Positions 37,755 to 45,740 of a DNA stretch of 64,000 nt are shown one piece after another. A program made the position numbers and the translations under genes. This stretch comes from an uncultured Gammaproteobacteria bacterium (GTDB lineage: Bacteria > Patescibacteriota > Patescibacteriia > Magasanikbacterales > GWA2-37-8): positions 601,956 to 665,955 of the forward strand of contig CAZQUL010000001.1 of assembly GCA_964596525.1 (NCBI GenBank), in the 5' to 3' direction. The notes beneath the pieces are model-generated. The model saw nothing but the letters and a program-made list of their open reading frames with translations, was not told where the DNA came from and did not search any database. Positions within the stretch are counted from its first letter, which is position 1; every line of letters starts with the position of its first letter.

Positions 37755-37774
37755 TGTCGCATTTGTCGTATTTT
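37755..37774 (+). repeat. 20-mer tgtcgcatttgtcgtatttt, copy 1 of a duplicated promoter-like motif
   Basis: 19 of 20 nt identical to 45444-45463. Intergenic, immediately after the 37488-37754 stop. Confidence 0.5.
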
Positions 37775-37819
37775 GTTTTTTTCAATTGTTTTAACTATTC
37801 TATTTCTTACTAAATTTTT

Positions 37820-38119
37820 ATGACTCTTTATATCTATGATACAAGCGGCCGAACAGTAGGTTTCCGGAGAGGAAAGTATATTCACGATATGCATGGTAAA
37901 GCCATAGGGCAGATTAACAGGGAGACGCACGTCCACAAGCTCTCAGGAGAATATGTAGGAGAACTCGATCATGACATGGTGGTTGATAAGCATCTGGGCA
38001 ACCTTGGGAATATTGGAAATCCCGGGAATCCCGGTAATCCAGGTTCTCCGGGCAACCCAGGTAGCCGGGGAAGTGTTAATTATGGTTATCCTGATGTTTT
38101 TTCAAAACTTGAAGAATAA
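37820..38119 (+). CDS. Small protein with C-terminal collagen-like G-X-Y triplet run
   Basis: 99 aa. GNLGNIGNPGNPGNPGSPGNPGSRGS is 9 consecutive GXY triplets, encoded by a 9-nt periodic DNA repeat at 37990-38070. Confidence 0.35.
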   Translation: MTLYIYDTSGRTVGFRRGKYIHDMHGKAIGQINRETHVHKLSGEYVGELDHDMVVDKHLGNLGNIGNPGNPGNPGSPGNPGSRGSVNYGYPDVFSKLEE

Positions 38120-38154
38120 TACCCAAATCTTGACGCGTGTTAATCGATTATCAC

Positions 38155-38236
38155 CCTCCGGCCCGAGTACCTCAGTTTAGCCGCTCGACAGAAAGCCCAG
38201 AAAGCCTTACATTGTTGAAGCTACACTCTCCCGGCC
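38155..38236 (+). repeat. Conserved non-coding element, copy 1 (cccgagtRcctca...gctcgacagaa...ccttacaYtg)
   Basis: About 80 nt, alignable at roughly 70% identity to 45475-45551. Lies 30 nt upstream of the MccF-like gene. Confidence 0.5.
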
Positions 38237-38267
38237 AAATTCATCTCCTTCGCTACGAACTTACTCT

Positions 38268-39278
38268 ATGAATCAAATTAAAATACTGCCGCCCCAACTC
38301 CTGCGCGGTAAAAAAATAGGAATGATTGCTCCTGCGGATCCGGTCAGGGGCGTTTGTGCTGAAGAAGCTATCCAGCGCGGCTATAAGTATCTAGAAAGTA
38401 AAGGATTCCCTGTCGTAGAAGGGGAATCAGTAAAAATTCTCGCTCAAACCCATACTGCAGGCTCAATCCCTCTTCGCGTAAAAGATATTCATGATTTTGT
38501 GCAGCGTGAGGATATCGGCTGCATTATGGCTTTTTGGGGTGGTTTTAATACCAACCAGTTACTGGATTATCTAGATTACGATTTAATTAAAGTACGTCCT
38601 AAGATTTTTATCGGCTATTCGGACGTGACCGCCCTTACTACTGCTATTACAACCAAGACAGGGTTGGTAACGTTTTCTGGTCCGGGCGGGATTTCTTTCT
38701 CTAAGCCAGAACCTTTTGAATATGCCTGGAATTATTTTGAGAAAGCCTGTGTTAAACCTCAAAAAAATATTTTGATAGAAGCGTCGCCGGAGTACGCTGA
38801 TGATCTCTATTTTTTGAGAAAAGATAATGATCGCCGGATCATAAAACGCAATGACGGAATAAAGGTATTCGTTAACGGCAAAGCTAAAGGCGAAGTCGTT
38901 GCGGGAAACCTACAGACACTGCTCGTTTTAAGTGGCACTCAGTACCTGCCGGATATGGCCGGGAAAATCCTTTTTGTTGAGGAAGACGAAACCAGCACGC
39001 CATCGCATGTCGATAGATTTATCTGCCAGGCTAAGCAGTTGGGATGGTTCGAAAAGATCTCCGGAATAGTTTTTGGGCGCTTTACGGAACAGTCCCAGTT
39101 CTCCCCGAATGATTCTTTTGAAGATCTTTTGAAGGAATATTTTTCTCGCGCTCAGTTTCCGGTGGTCTATAACGCCGATTTTGGGCATTCAGATCCGATG
39201 ATTACCATACCAAACGGCGGAGTTTGTTCTGTAGACGGCGGACAGATCAGTTTTGAACAGTCGGTTTCAGCAACATGA
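38268..39278 (+). CDS. S66-family LD-carboxypeptidase / MccF-like serine peptidase
   Basis: 336 aa. GYSDVTAL (nucleophile Ser) and DFGHSDP (His) are the S66 catalytic motifs. Confidence 0.75.
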   Translation: MNQIKILPPQLLRGKKIGMIAPADPVRGVCAEEAIQRGYKYLESKGFPVVEGESVKILAQTHTAGSIPLRVKDIHDFVQREDIGCIMAFWGGFNTNQLLDYLDYDLIKVRPKIFIGYSDVTALTTAITTKTGLVTFSGPGGISFSKPEPFEYAWNYFEKACVKPQKNILIEASPEYADDLYFLRKDNDRRIIKRNDGIKVFVNGKAKGEVVAGNLQTLLVLSGTQYLPDMAGKILFVEEDETSTPSHVDRFICQAKQLGWFEKISGIVFGRFTEQSQFSPNDSFEDLLKEYFSRAQFPVVYNADFGHSDPMITIPNGGVCSVDGGQISFEQSVSAT

Positions 39279-39456
39279 AGTAAATCCGTAAGAGCGCCTG
39301 AAAGATTATAGATTAAAAATACTATCATTACTCCACCATTCGGGCAAGTATACTTCGGGTTCCTCATTGACCTGAAGATAAATGCATTGTAGTTTTTCTT
39401 GTGCGGCAATCGATGAACAAGCGCCCTTTTACAACTCTTCAGACAGGTGGTAAATC

Positions 39457-40194
39457 ATGGAATCTCTCGACCGTCTCTATTTCGGCACCTGGCAGTTGGG
39501 AGGGCAGTTCAAAAGCTTTTCTTCCCTTGAAATCGAAGCACTCTTACGCTTTGCTCTTGATTCCGGTATCCGACGTTTTGATACGGCAGCTGTCTACGGT
39601 GGCGGGAGAGTCGAGGAAATGCTCGGCCTCTGCCTTCCGGAAGATGCGGTTATCGTAACCAAAATACCGGCGATCCAAAAACCTGATCTTAGTTCGCCCA
39701 GGCCGATCCAAGAGTGCTACTCACACGATTATCTCTTTAGCAGCCTGGAGAACTCTTTGCGCCGTCTGCGGAGATCTTCCGTCGATACGGTTCTCCTCCA
39801 TAACTGGCTGCCATCATGGTCGTCCGCTGGAAACGAAGTTCTTCAATGCCTGGGTGAAATGAAAAATAAAGGCCTGGTCAAAAGAGTGGGGATTTCTCTC
39901 CCCGACGACTTCGGTTCCTTGCTCGATCAAACAGTCTTATCCTGCATTGACGTCGTCGAAGCCCCGTTTAATCCAGGGCAGCAATGGATCCTAGAGCAGC
40001 TTCCTGACCCGCTTAAGATCAAAAAGGAAGTGCTCCTGAGAAGCTTATTTTGCCAGGGCAAACTGCTTCGTGGACGCTCGGCCGAACCGATACTGCATGA
40101 CGCGCTCAAACTCGGCACGTCGCTCGTCATCGGGATGACAGCTAAAGAACAGATCACTCAGAATATTGAGTGTCTGAAAGGATCAGTCACATGA
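39457..40194 (+). CDS. Aldo/keto reductase family oxidoreductase
   Basis: 245 aa. FGTWQLGG...FDTAAVYGGGRVEEMLG is the AKR N-terminal signature. Confidence 0.7.
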   Translation: MESLDRLYFGTWQLGGQFKSFSSLEIEALLRFALDSGIRRFDTAAVYGGGRVEEMLGLCLPEDAVIVTKIPAIQKPDLSSPRPIQECYSHDYLFSSLENSLRRLRRSSVDTVLLHNWLPSWSSAGNEVLQCLGEMKNKGLVKRVGISLPDDFGSLLDQTVLSCIDVVEAPFNPGQQWILEQLPDPLKIKKEVLLRSLFCQGKLLRGRSAEPILHDALKLGTSLVIGMTAKEQITQNIECLKGSVT

Positions 40195-41426
40195 GTTCCA
40201 AGCAAGAATACTTCGCGGCCGTTAATTCCGAGCCGCTTATTACTATTAAAGGTCGGACTACCGGAGAGGAATTCGCGCTACGCGAATATACCTACGGGGC
40301 CCTTGTTCCTGACAATCAGCACCCTCTTTCCTCGGTCAGTGTCTCCAACAGTTCTCTGAGTATCGATCTGTGGATCGGTTGCGCCTGGCAATGCCGATAT
40401 TGCCATGTTCAGGGAACCTACCAAGATCTGGCGGAACAGGGTGCTATGCCGAGACGCCCGAGACGGCGCAATTCGTTTTCCGTCGATCAAATTCTGGATG
40501 AGCTCGTTAAGCATCCGTTTTTCATCGCCGACGAGACGATTATCAGTATCGGAACAGCCAGTACCGAACCGTTCGCGCCGGGGCCGGTCACCGAAAGCAC
40601 CTTCGAGATCATGAACGCCTTTCTCCGGCGGGAACTCCGGAATCCTTTCTGGATCGTTACCAAAGGCGGCGTTCCCAAGGGGAGAAAGCTCGACTTCGCC
40701 CGGATTTCGAACGTAACCCGCGGGCTTATGCTATCGCTATGCTGGGCTGACAATCCTGATACGATCGAGCCGGCTCATAACAACCGCTTCCTTAATGCTG
40801 CAGAAGCCAAAGAAGCGGGAGCTACTGTCGCTTGGTATATGCGGCCGATTGTTCCGGAATGGAGCGGTAATCGTGATCGCATTGAGATGATGATGCTCTG
40901 GGTCAAAAAATACTACAGCGGCGTCATCGACATGATCGTTCCCGGCGGCTTGCGCTGGACCGAAGGGATTGAAAATGGCTTAGTGGAGATTCATAACCTT
41001 CCTATGCCCAGTATCCCTCGGGATGACAACGTGAAATCCCTGCCACAAGAATTGGTGGATGCGATTTTCTCGCTGAGCGCTGAGCATTTTCCGGGTATTC
41101 CGGTCTATCTCAAATCGTCATGTGCCCTTACGCGAATGCTGAAAATTCCAAGCATCACCTCGGTGCAGGTTTTCGCTCGGCAGGAATGTGAGTCGTCTCA
41201 CTGTCCTCTAGCCCAGCGTCAAATCTGTGCTCAAGGAGCAGCGTACACCATGACAACTGAGCGGGCACAGAGCGTTCTTGATGCGCTGGGAATTCCGGCA
41301 TGTGTCGTAAGTTGGGACGCTCACCGCGGACTTGTTACCCATCCTGAGATGAGTAATTTCAGCTATGCGGTCAGGCAGACGGTATTCAAACATCTGGCAC
41401 GAGGAGGCCTTCATGAAGTTCTCTGA
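40170..41426 (+). CDS. Radical SAM enzyme (SplB-like CxxxCxxC)
   Basis: 418 aa. GCAWQCRYCHV is a CX3CX2C cluster motif. The start may be at the internal Met at 40191. Overlaps the AKR stop. Confidence 0.7.
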   Translation: MSERISHMSSKQEYFAAVNSEPLITIKGRTTGEEFALREYTYGALVPDNQHPLSSVSVSNSSLSIDLWIGCAWQCRYCHVQGTYQDLAEQGAMPRRPRRRNSFSVDQILDELVKHPFFIADETIISIGTASTEPFAPGPVTESTFEIMNAFLRRELRNPFWIVTKGGVPKGRKLDFARISNVTRGLMLSLCWADNPDTIEPAHNNRFLNAAEAKEAGATVAWYMRPIVPEWSGNRDRIEMMMLWVKKYYSGVIDMIVPGGLRWTEGIENGLVEIHNLPMPSIPRDDNVKSLPQELVDAIFSLSAEHFPGIPVYLKSSCALTRMLKIPSITSVQVFARQECESSHCPLAQRQICAQGAAYTMTTERAQSVLDALGIPACVVSWDAHRGLVTHPEMSNFSYAVRQTVFKHLARGGLHEVL

Positions 41427-42537
41427 AGACGCCCAGCGTCACTTCCAACGTTTCGGTTTCGAGTGGCAGGAGGGCGGCCCGATCGTGAGCGCTAATTCCA
41501 AGCTCTTGTTCAATATCTCCGGAGGGGTCGTATTCGAGGAAGCGATCTGCTACGGAGCCGCTCCTACAAAACGGCGCGTGGTATCGGTTCAGACCTGCCT
41601 CAGAACGGACGGCTGGGAAAAGATTGGGCTGTCCGGCCGACACCATCTGGCTTTCGACATGCTCGGTCACTTCTCTCTGTATGAGAAGGGTGGACGTGAA
41701 ACGAAAGAACTGATGATTGAGAGCGCCTGGCGCTATCTGACAGATTTTTTAGAGATTAGTTCTAACAGTCTGTCAGCGACCGTTCATCCCGGTGACCACG
41801 TATCGTCAAAGATATGGGAGAGCTTGGGAGTTAAGACGGTGCTCAACGATGGGAACATCTCGCACACTCCCGCCAGAAACCGTTGCGGCATGCGCACGGA
41901 AATCGTCTGGAAAAATCCGAGTACGCAGCGACCCATCGAGCTGTGGAACTTAGTCTTCACGGAGTTCGAGGGTACCACGCTCTTTGAGTGCCCGCTTTCC
42001 ACAATCGCCGCTGATTCCGGGGCAAGTATCGATCGCATCGTTACGGCAGTCGAATGCTGTTCTAGCGACTACGATAACTCGAACTGGAAGAGTGTCGTTA
42101 GTTTCCTCTCCGAGCTGTCCCGGATTAACGACCGAGCTCTCGCGTGCCGATTGGCTGATCTTGGTAAAGCGGCAACACTGCTGATGGGAGAAGGGCTTCG
42201 ACCGGGAAACCGAGCGGCAGAATATGTCCTTCGGAAAATCATCCGTGAAGCCCTTGTCCTGTGCCAGCAAGCATCTATCCCAGCTGGGGACTTCGCAACA
42301 GTGATGGCAGAACGTTGGGATTCCTCTCAAACAGCGCAAGCCGCGTTTGTCGAAGAGGCAGTCAGATTCGAAAAAGCCCTGGATCGGGGAAGAAAAGAAC
42401 TGGCAAAGCTCTCTGTCCGCCGGAATGGCCCTCTCACCGAACAAGACGTTGAATACCTTGCATCCACGTTCGGTTTTCCTAAAACTCTCATCAAGTTCGG
42501 AGAATCCAAACGGGAGACGGGGGAACACAATGAATAA
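41413..42537 (+). CDS. Stand-alone alanyl-tRNA synthetase catalytic-domain paralogue
   Basis: ATG at 41413 follows a ggagg SD and overlaps the rSAM stop. RHHLAFDMLGHFSL matches AlaRS RHHTFFEMLGNFSF, CGMRTEIVW matches GPCGPCTEIF, ELWNLVFTEF matches EIWNIVFMQF, and IAADSGASIDRI matches VDTGMGLERI (Ala-binding Asp conserved). No editing or C-Ala domains. Confidence 0.7.
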   Translation: MKFSEDAQRHFQRFGFEWQEGGPIVSANSKLLFNISGGVVFEEAICYGAAPTKRRVVSVQTCLRTDGWEKIGLSGRHHLAFDMLGHFSLYEKGGRETKELMIESAWRYLTDFLEISSNSLSATVHPGDHVSSKIWESLGVKTVLNDGNISHTPARNRCGMRTEIVWKNPSTQRPIELWNLVFTEFEGTTLFECPLSTIAADSGASIDRIVTAVECCSSDYDNSNWKSVVSFLSELSRINDRALACRLADLGKAATLLMGEGLRPGNRAAEYVLRKIIREALVLCQQASIPAGDFATVMAERWDSSQTAQAAFVEEAVRFEKALDRGRKELAKLSVRRNGPLTEQDVEYLASTFGFPKTLIKFGESKRETGEHNE

Positions 42538-43288
42538 TAATCTTGTCTTCGAACTGGGCGACGTCTTGCGTGGCCTGCCTGGTATCCAGCTGCTCTTACA
42601 GGTCGGGCTACAGAGGGATAACGAGAAAGATAAAGTCGATTTACTGGCAGGTTGCGCTCGGGGAAGTATCGAGGGGTATGCTAGCCCTGTCCAGTCACTG
42701 CTTAAAGATCGGTGGCCGAACGGAACATCGTTCGTTTGCGATGATAGCGTTCGGTTTGACCTGCCAATCGGAACCGGGGGGATCGCCCTGTGTGACTCAT
42801 CCGTGTTGGTGAGCCAAGTCAAAGAGTGGTCTGCGGGGAAAAATATAAGTGGGCAGCATCGTCCCTGGGCCACTGCGTACTGGGTGCCGGAAGCCTTGTG
42901 CGGAGACATTGCAACGGCGGAGATTCTCTACGACCCCGACAGCACCAGCGCTCTACTGAAAGAACTTGTCGCTGCTTATCCGGTTCCGCTCTCAAAAGCG
43001 ATAACCGACCTGTGCGTGGATGAGCTGAGGCAGAAGATGCAAACGTCCGAAAGACTGCTTGATGGGGATGGGTTGGTTGAGCTGGAGCTATGCATTTCAG
43101 ACGTGGTTGCCGCGCTAGTCCGGCTGGCGTTCGCTCGTAGCCGCGTATATTTCCGCGGTTTCCGATCGCTTGAACAGCAGGCAAGATTGCTTAAGCCAGC
43201 TGATCTCGCCCTCTACCACCTTGCCATAAAGCTATCCGGTAGGAAGAAAGTAAAAAATCTCCTGAAGAACATCCGGGAGATTCTCTAA
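42530..43288 (+). CDS. Hypothetical protein (possible NTase/helical-domain protein)
   Basis: About 252 aa starting at MNNNLVF, overlapping the previous gene's stop. No firm motif. Confidence 0.35.
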   Translation: MNNNLVFELGDVLRGLPGIQLLLQVGLQRDNEKDKVDLLAGCARGSIEGYASPVQSLLKDRWPNGTSFVCDDSVRFDLPIGTGGIALCDSSVLVSQVKEWSAGKNISGQHRPWATAYWVPEALCGDIATAEILYDPDSTSALLKELVAAYPVPLSKAITDLCVDELRQKMQTSERLLDGDGLVELELCISDVVAALVRLAFARSRVYFRGFRSLEQQARLLKPADLALYHLAIKLSGRKKVKNLLKNIREIL

Positions 43289-43319
43289 TATGGAGGCCTA
43301 CAACCGTACGCCTCCTTTT

Positions 43320-43925
43320 TTATTTGAGCATAATTTTTTGGCCATTTTTTATAAACACGGCTTGAGAGTTGTTTATCCGCTCAACGACCACTCCATGTTT
43401 TTTTTCAAAGACTTTCGTTCTCTCCTCTAGTTCGGAAGAATAATGGGGGAGAATGGTAGTGTCTACTAAATCAAGTCCCACTAATTCTTTCAGACTGAGG
43501 TCGTTCTTGTCATCTAATACCTCACCGGCGATCTCGATGGATGGACCGAGAATAATGCTCCCCGCACTTACACCGATATATATGCCATCTCTTTCCAAGA
43601 GATTTTTGATAGCGTCTTTAAAATGGGTTTCCCGTGCGAATTTAAGAAGCTTAAAGGTATTGCCCCCGCAAACGTAGATTATTCCATATTTTGAAAAATC
43701 CCGGGCAGGCTCTGTTTCAAGATCAGTAAATTCAATATCTTTAAATCCAAGATCAGCAAATTGCTTATGTGCCAGTTGGGAGTATTTATTAAGCTCCTTT
43801 CCGTCAGCTGCTGTGGTGATAATAGCCACTGGTTCTCTTTTCTCTAGAGTAAGGCTTTTTAGCTGTTGAACGACCGTGTCGGCAGAGAGGCCGGTAGAGG
43901 TTAGTAGAAGCGCTCCATAATTCAT
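43320..43925 (-). CDS. Peptidase E-like (S51 family, class I glutamine-amidotransferase-like fold) dipeptidase
   Basis: 201 aa. ...YVCGGNTFKLL...GVSAGSII... matches the S51 Ser/His nucleophile-elbow context. Confidence 0.65.
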   Translation of the reverse strand: MNYGALLLTSTGLSADTVVQQLKSLTLEKREPVAIITTAADGKELNKYSQLAHKQFADLGFKDIEFTDLETEPARDFSKYGIIYVCGGNTFKLLKFARETHFKDAIKNLLERDGIYIGVSAGSIILGPSIEIAGEVLDDKNDLSLKELVGLDLVDTTILPHYSSELEERTKVFEKKHGVVVERINNSQAVFIKNGQKIMLK

Positions 43926-44085
43926 AGGTTTTTGTGTAAGCGATCGGTAGAGATTTGAGTTTATAGTATAAAATAAGGCTTAAAAAGAAACAAACATTTG
44001 AACGCTTATCTTTTTAATTGTTATTATCAAAGCCCTGTGCTACCATCGTCTCGGCTGGTAAATCTCAGAAGGAAGGAATGCCGCC

Positions 44086-45378
44086 ATGAAGGTACCGTAT
44101 AAAACGACCGAAGAAGTGCGACAGACGTTTCTGGGCTATTTTCTCAAGCACGACCATCAGCTCGTGGAGCCATCAGGGATCATTCCGAAGAATGATCCGA
44201 CGCTCATGTTCATCAACTCAGGCATGGCTCCGCTTAAGCCCTATTTCCTCGGCCAAGCGAAGCCGCCCTATCCGCGCCTCACGAACGTACAGGATTGTAT
44301 CAGATTTGTGGACGTTGAGAGCGTCGGCGACTCTTACCACGGAACCAGCTTCCGCATGATGGGTTCCTGGTCTTTCGGAGACTACTTCAAGGAACGGGCC
44401 ATCGAGCTCGCCTTCGAACTGATTACCGTTGGATTCGGCATTCCCGCCGACCGTCTCTGCGCCACTGTATTCATGGCTGACGAAAGTCTGCCGGGAGTTC
44501 CGAGTGATGAAGAATCTGCGCGCATCTGGGAGAAATTCCTGCCGCGGGATCGAATCATCGGGCGTCCGCCTGCCGACAACTTCTGGGGTCCGGCTGGAAC
44601 AGCTGGCCCCTGCGGCCCGTGCACCGAAATATTCTTCGATCGCGGCAAGGAATTCGCCGAGAAAGAAACTGATGACGCGCTTGTCCCCGGGCGGCACATC
44701 GAGATCTGGAACGCCGGAGTGTTCATGCAGTACTTCAAGGACGAGCAGGGAAATTTCACCCCGCTGCCCATAAAGTGCGTGGATACCGGAGCCGGGCTGG
44801 AGCGGTTCGCCATGATTCTCCAAGACCGCGCTTCGATCCACGAGATTGACCAGTATGATTCGTCCTACCAGCTCATCCATCAGAAGATCGGCGATGCGGT
44901 ATGGACGCGGATCATCCTCGATCACCTCAAGACGTCGATTATGATGCTCCGCGAGGGTATCATTCCGAACAACACTCGGGAGGGATACCTTCTGCGCCGC
45001 GCTCTCCGGCGAGCGATGATCGGCATGTTCCTGCGAGGGGTCAGCCTGAGTATTCTTGAGGAGTGGATGGAGTCGCTCAGCCAGGTGATGGACAACAAAG
45101 ATCTGACCATGCGCCAGAAACCGGCTATCGACCGCTGGCTCAGCATAGAACGTGACGGCTTTGAAAAACTGATGCAGCGCAGCAGGAAGCATCTGGACAA
45201 AATCGCCTCAGCTAAAGAACTGGACGCGCACTATGCTTTCACGCTCAAGACCGGCATGGGAATTCCCGAAGACCTGCTAGAGGAATTTTGCCTTCGCCAG
45301 GGCATCGCTTTTCCTAAAGCCGGTTTCCTCCGGCTTATCGAGGAGCATAAAGACATCTCTCGGCAGCCGAAAAAATAG
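44086..45378 (+). CDS. alaS: Alanyl-tRNA synthetase N-terminal fragment (aminoacylation plus tRNA-recognition domains only)
   Basis: 430 aa collinear with E. coli AlaRS residues 1 to about 460: FINSGM, HGTSFRMMGSWSFGDYFK, NFWGPAGTAGPCGPCTEIF, EIWNAGVFMQY, VDTGAGLERF. Ends before the editing domain and is diverged at normally invariant positions. Confidence 0.75.
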   Translation: MKVPYKTTEEVRQTFLGYFLKHDHQLVEPSGIIPKNDPTLMFINSGMAPLKPYFLGQAKPPYPRLTNVQDCIRFVDVESVGDSYHGTSFRMMGSWSFGDYFKERAIELAFELITVGFGIPADRLCATVFMADESLPGVPSDEESARIWEKFLPRDRIIGRPPADNFWGPAGTAGPCGPCTEIFFDRGKEFAEKETDDALVPGRHIEIWNAGVFMQYFKDEQGNFTPLPIKCVDTGAGLERFAMILQDRASIHEIDQYDSSYQLIHQKIGDAVWTRIILDHLKTSIMMLREGIIPNNTREGYLLRRALRRAMIGMFLRGVSLSILEEWMESLSQVMDNKDLTMRQKPAIDRWLSIERDGFEKLMQRSRKHLDKIASAKELDAHYAFTLKTGMGIPEDLLEEFCLRQGIAFPKAGFLRLIEEHKDISRQPKK

Positions 45379-45443
45379 CCCTTTCAGCTTATAGCCAGGC
45401 CTGCCTCGCTCATCGGGGCGGGTCTTTTATTATCATTGGGCAC

Positions 45444-45551
45444 TGTCGCATTTGTCTTATTTTAACTTCTAGAACCCCGACCCGAGTGCCTCAAATTCAT
45501 TGCTCGACAGAAGGGCTGGAAACCCTTACACTGATTGCAGTTCTCGGGTAC
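45444..45551 (+). repeat. Conserved non-coding element, copy 2 (20-mer tgtcgcatttgtcttatttt plus an 80-nt core)
   Basis: Aligns to 37755-37774 and to 38155-38236. Sits upstream of the CxxC-x17-CxxC gene. Confidence 0.5.
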
Positions 45552-45626
45552 TTAACTCGAGTGGCCCGCACTGCATGGTTAGTTTCAGAGCGCCCGAATA
45601 CTGCGGGTCTTTTATATGAAGAACTT

Positions 45627-45655
45627 AAAAATCCGATTGATAAGATCGGATTTTT
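45627..45655 (+). terminator. Perfect 11-bp hairpin in a 5' leader (attenuator/terminator-like)
   Basis: aaaaatccgat-tgataag-atcggattttt, then a U-rich tract. Located between the conserved element and the start codon at 45741. Confidence 0.4.
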
Positions 45656-45740
45656 AAGTTGCCTTTTATTGAAAATAACACTAGAATCCAATTCTAGTGA
45701 GTAGTAGCCCGCACTTTAGCAGGCATGATTTTAAACCACT

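Noticed and set aside
41950-42909. 319-aa minus-strand ORF overlapping the AlaRS-like gene and its downstream neighbour.
   Set aside because: It lies antisense to a gene with clear AlaRS motifs. The product is low-complexity and Ser/Pro/Arg-rich, typical of a spurious frame in GC-rich sequence.
44218-45192. 324-aa antisense ORF within the alaS fragment.
   Set aside because: The plus-strand AlaRS frame is strongly supported by motifs. The antisense frame is an Arg/Pro-rich GC artefact.
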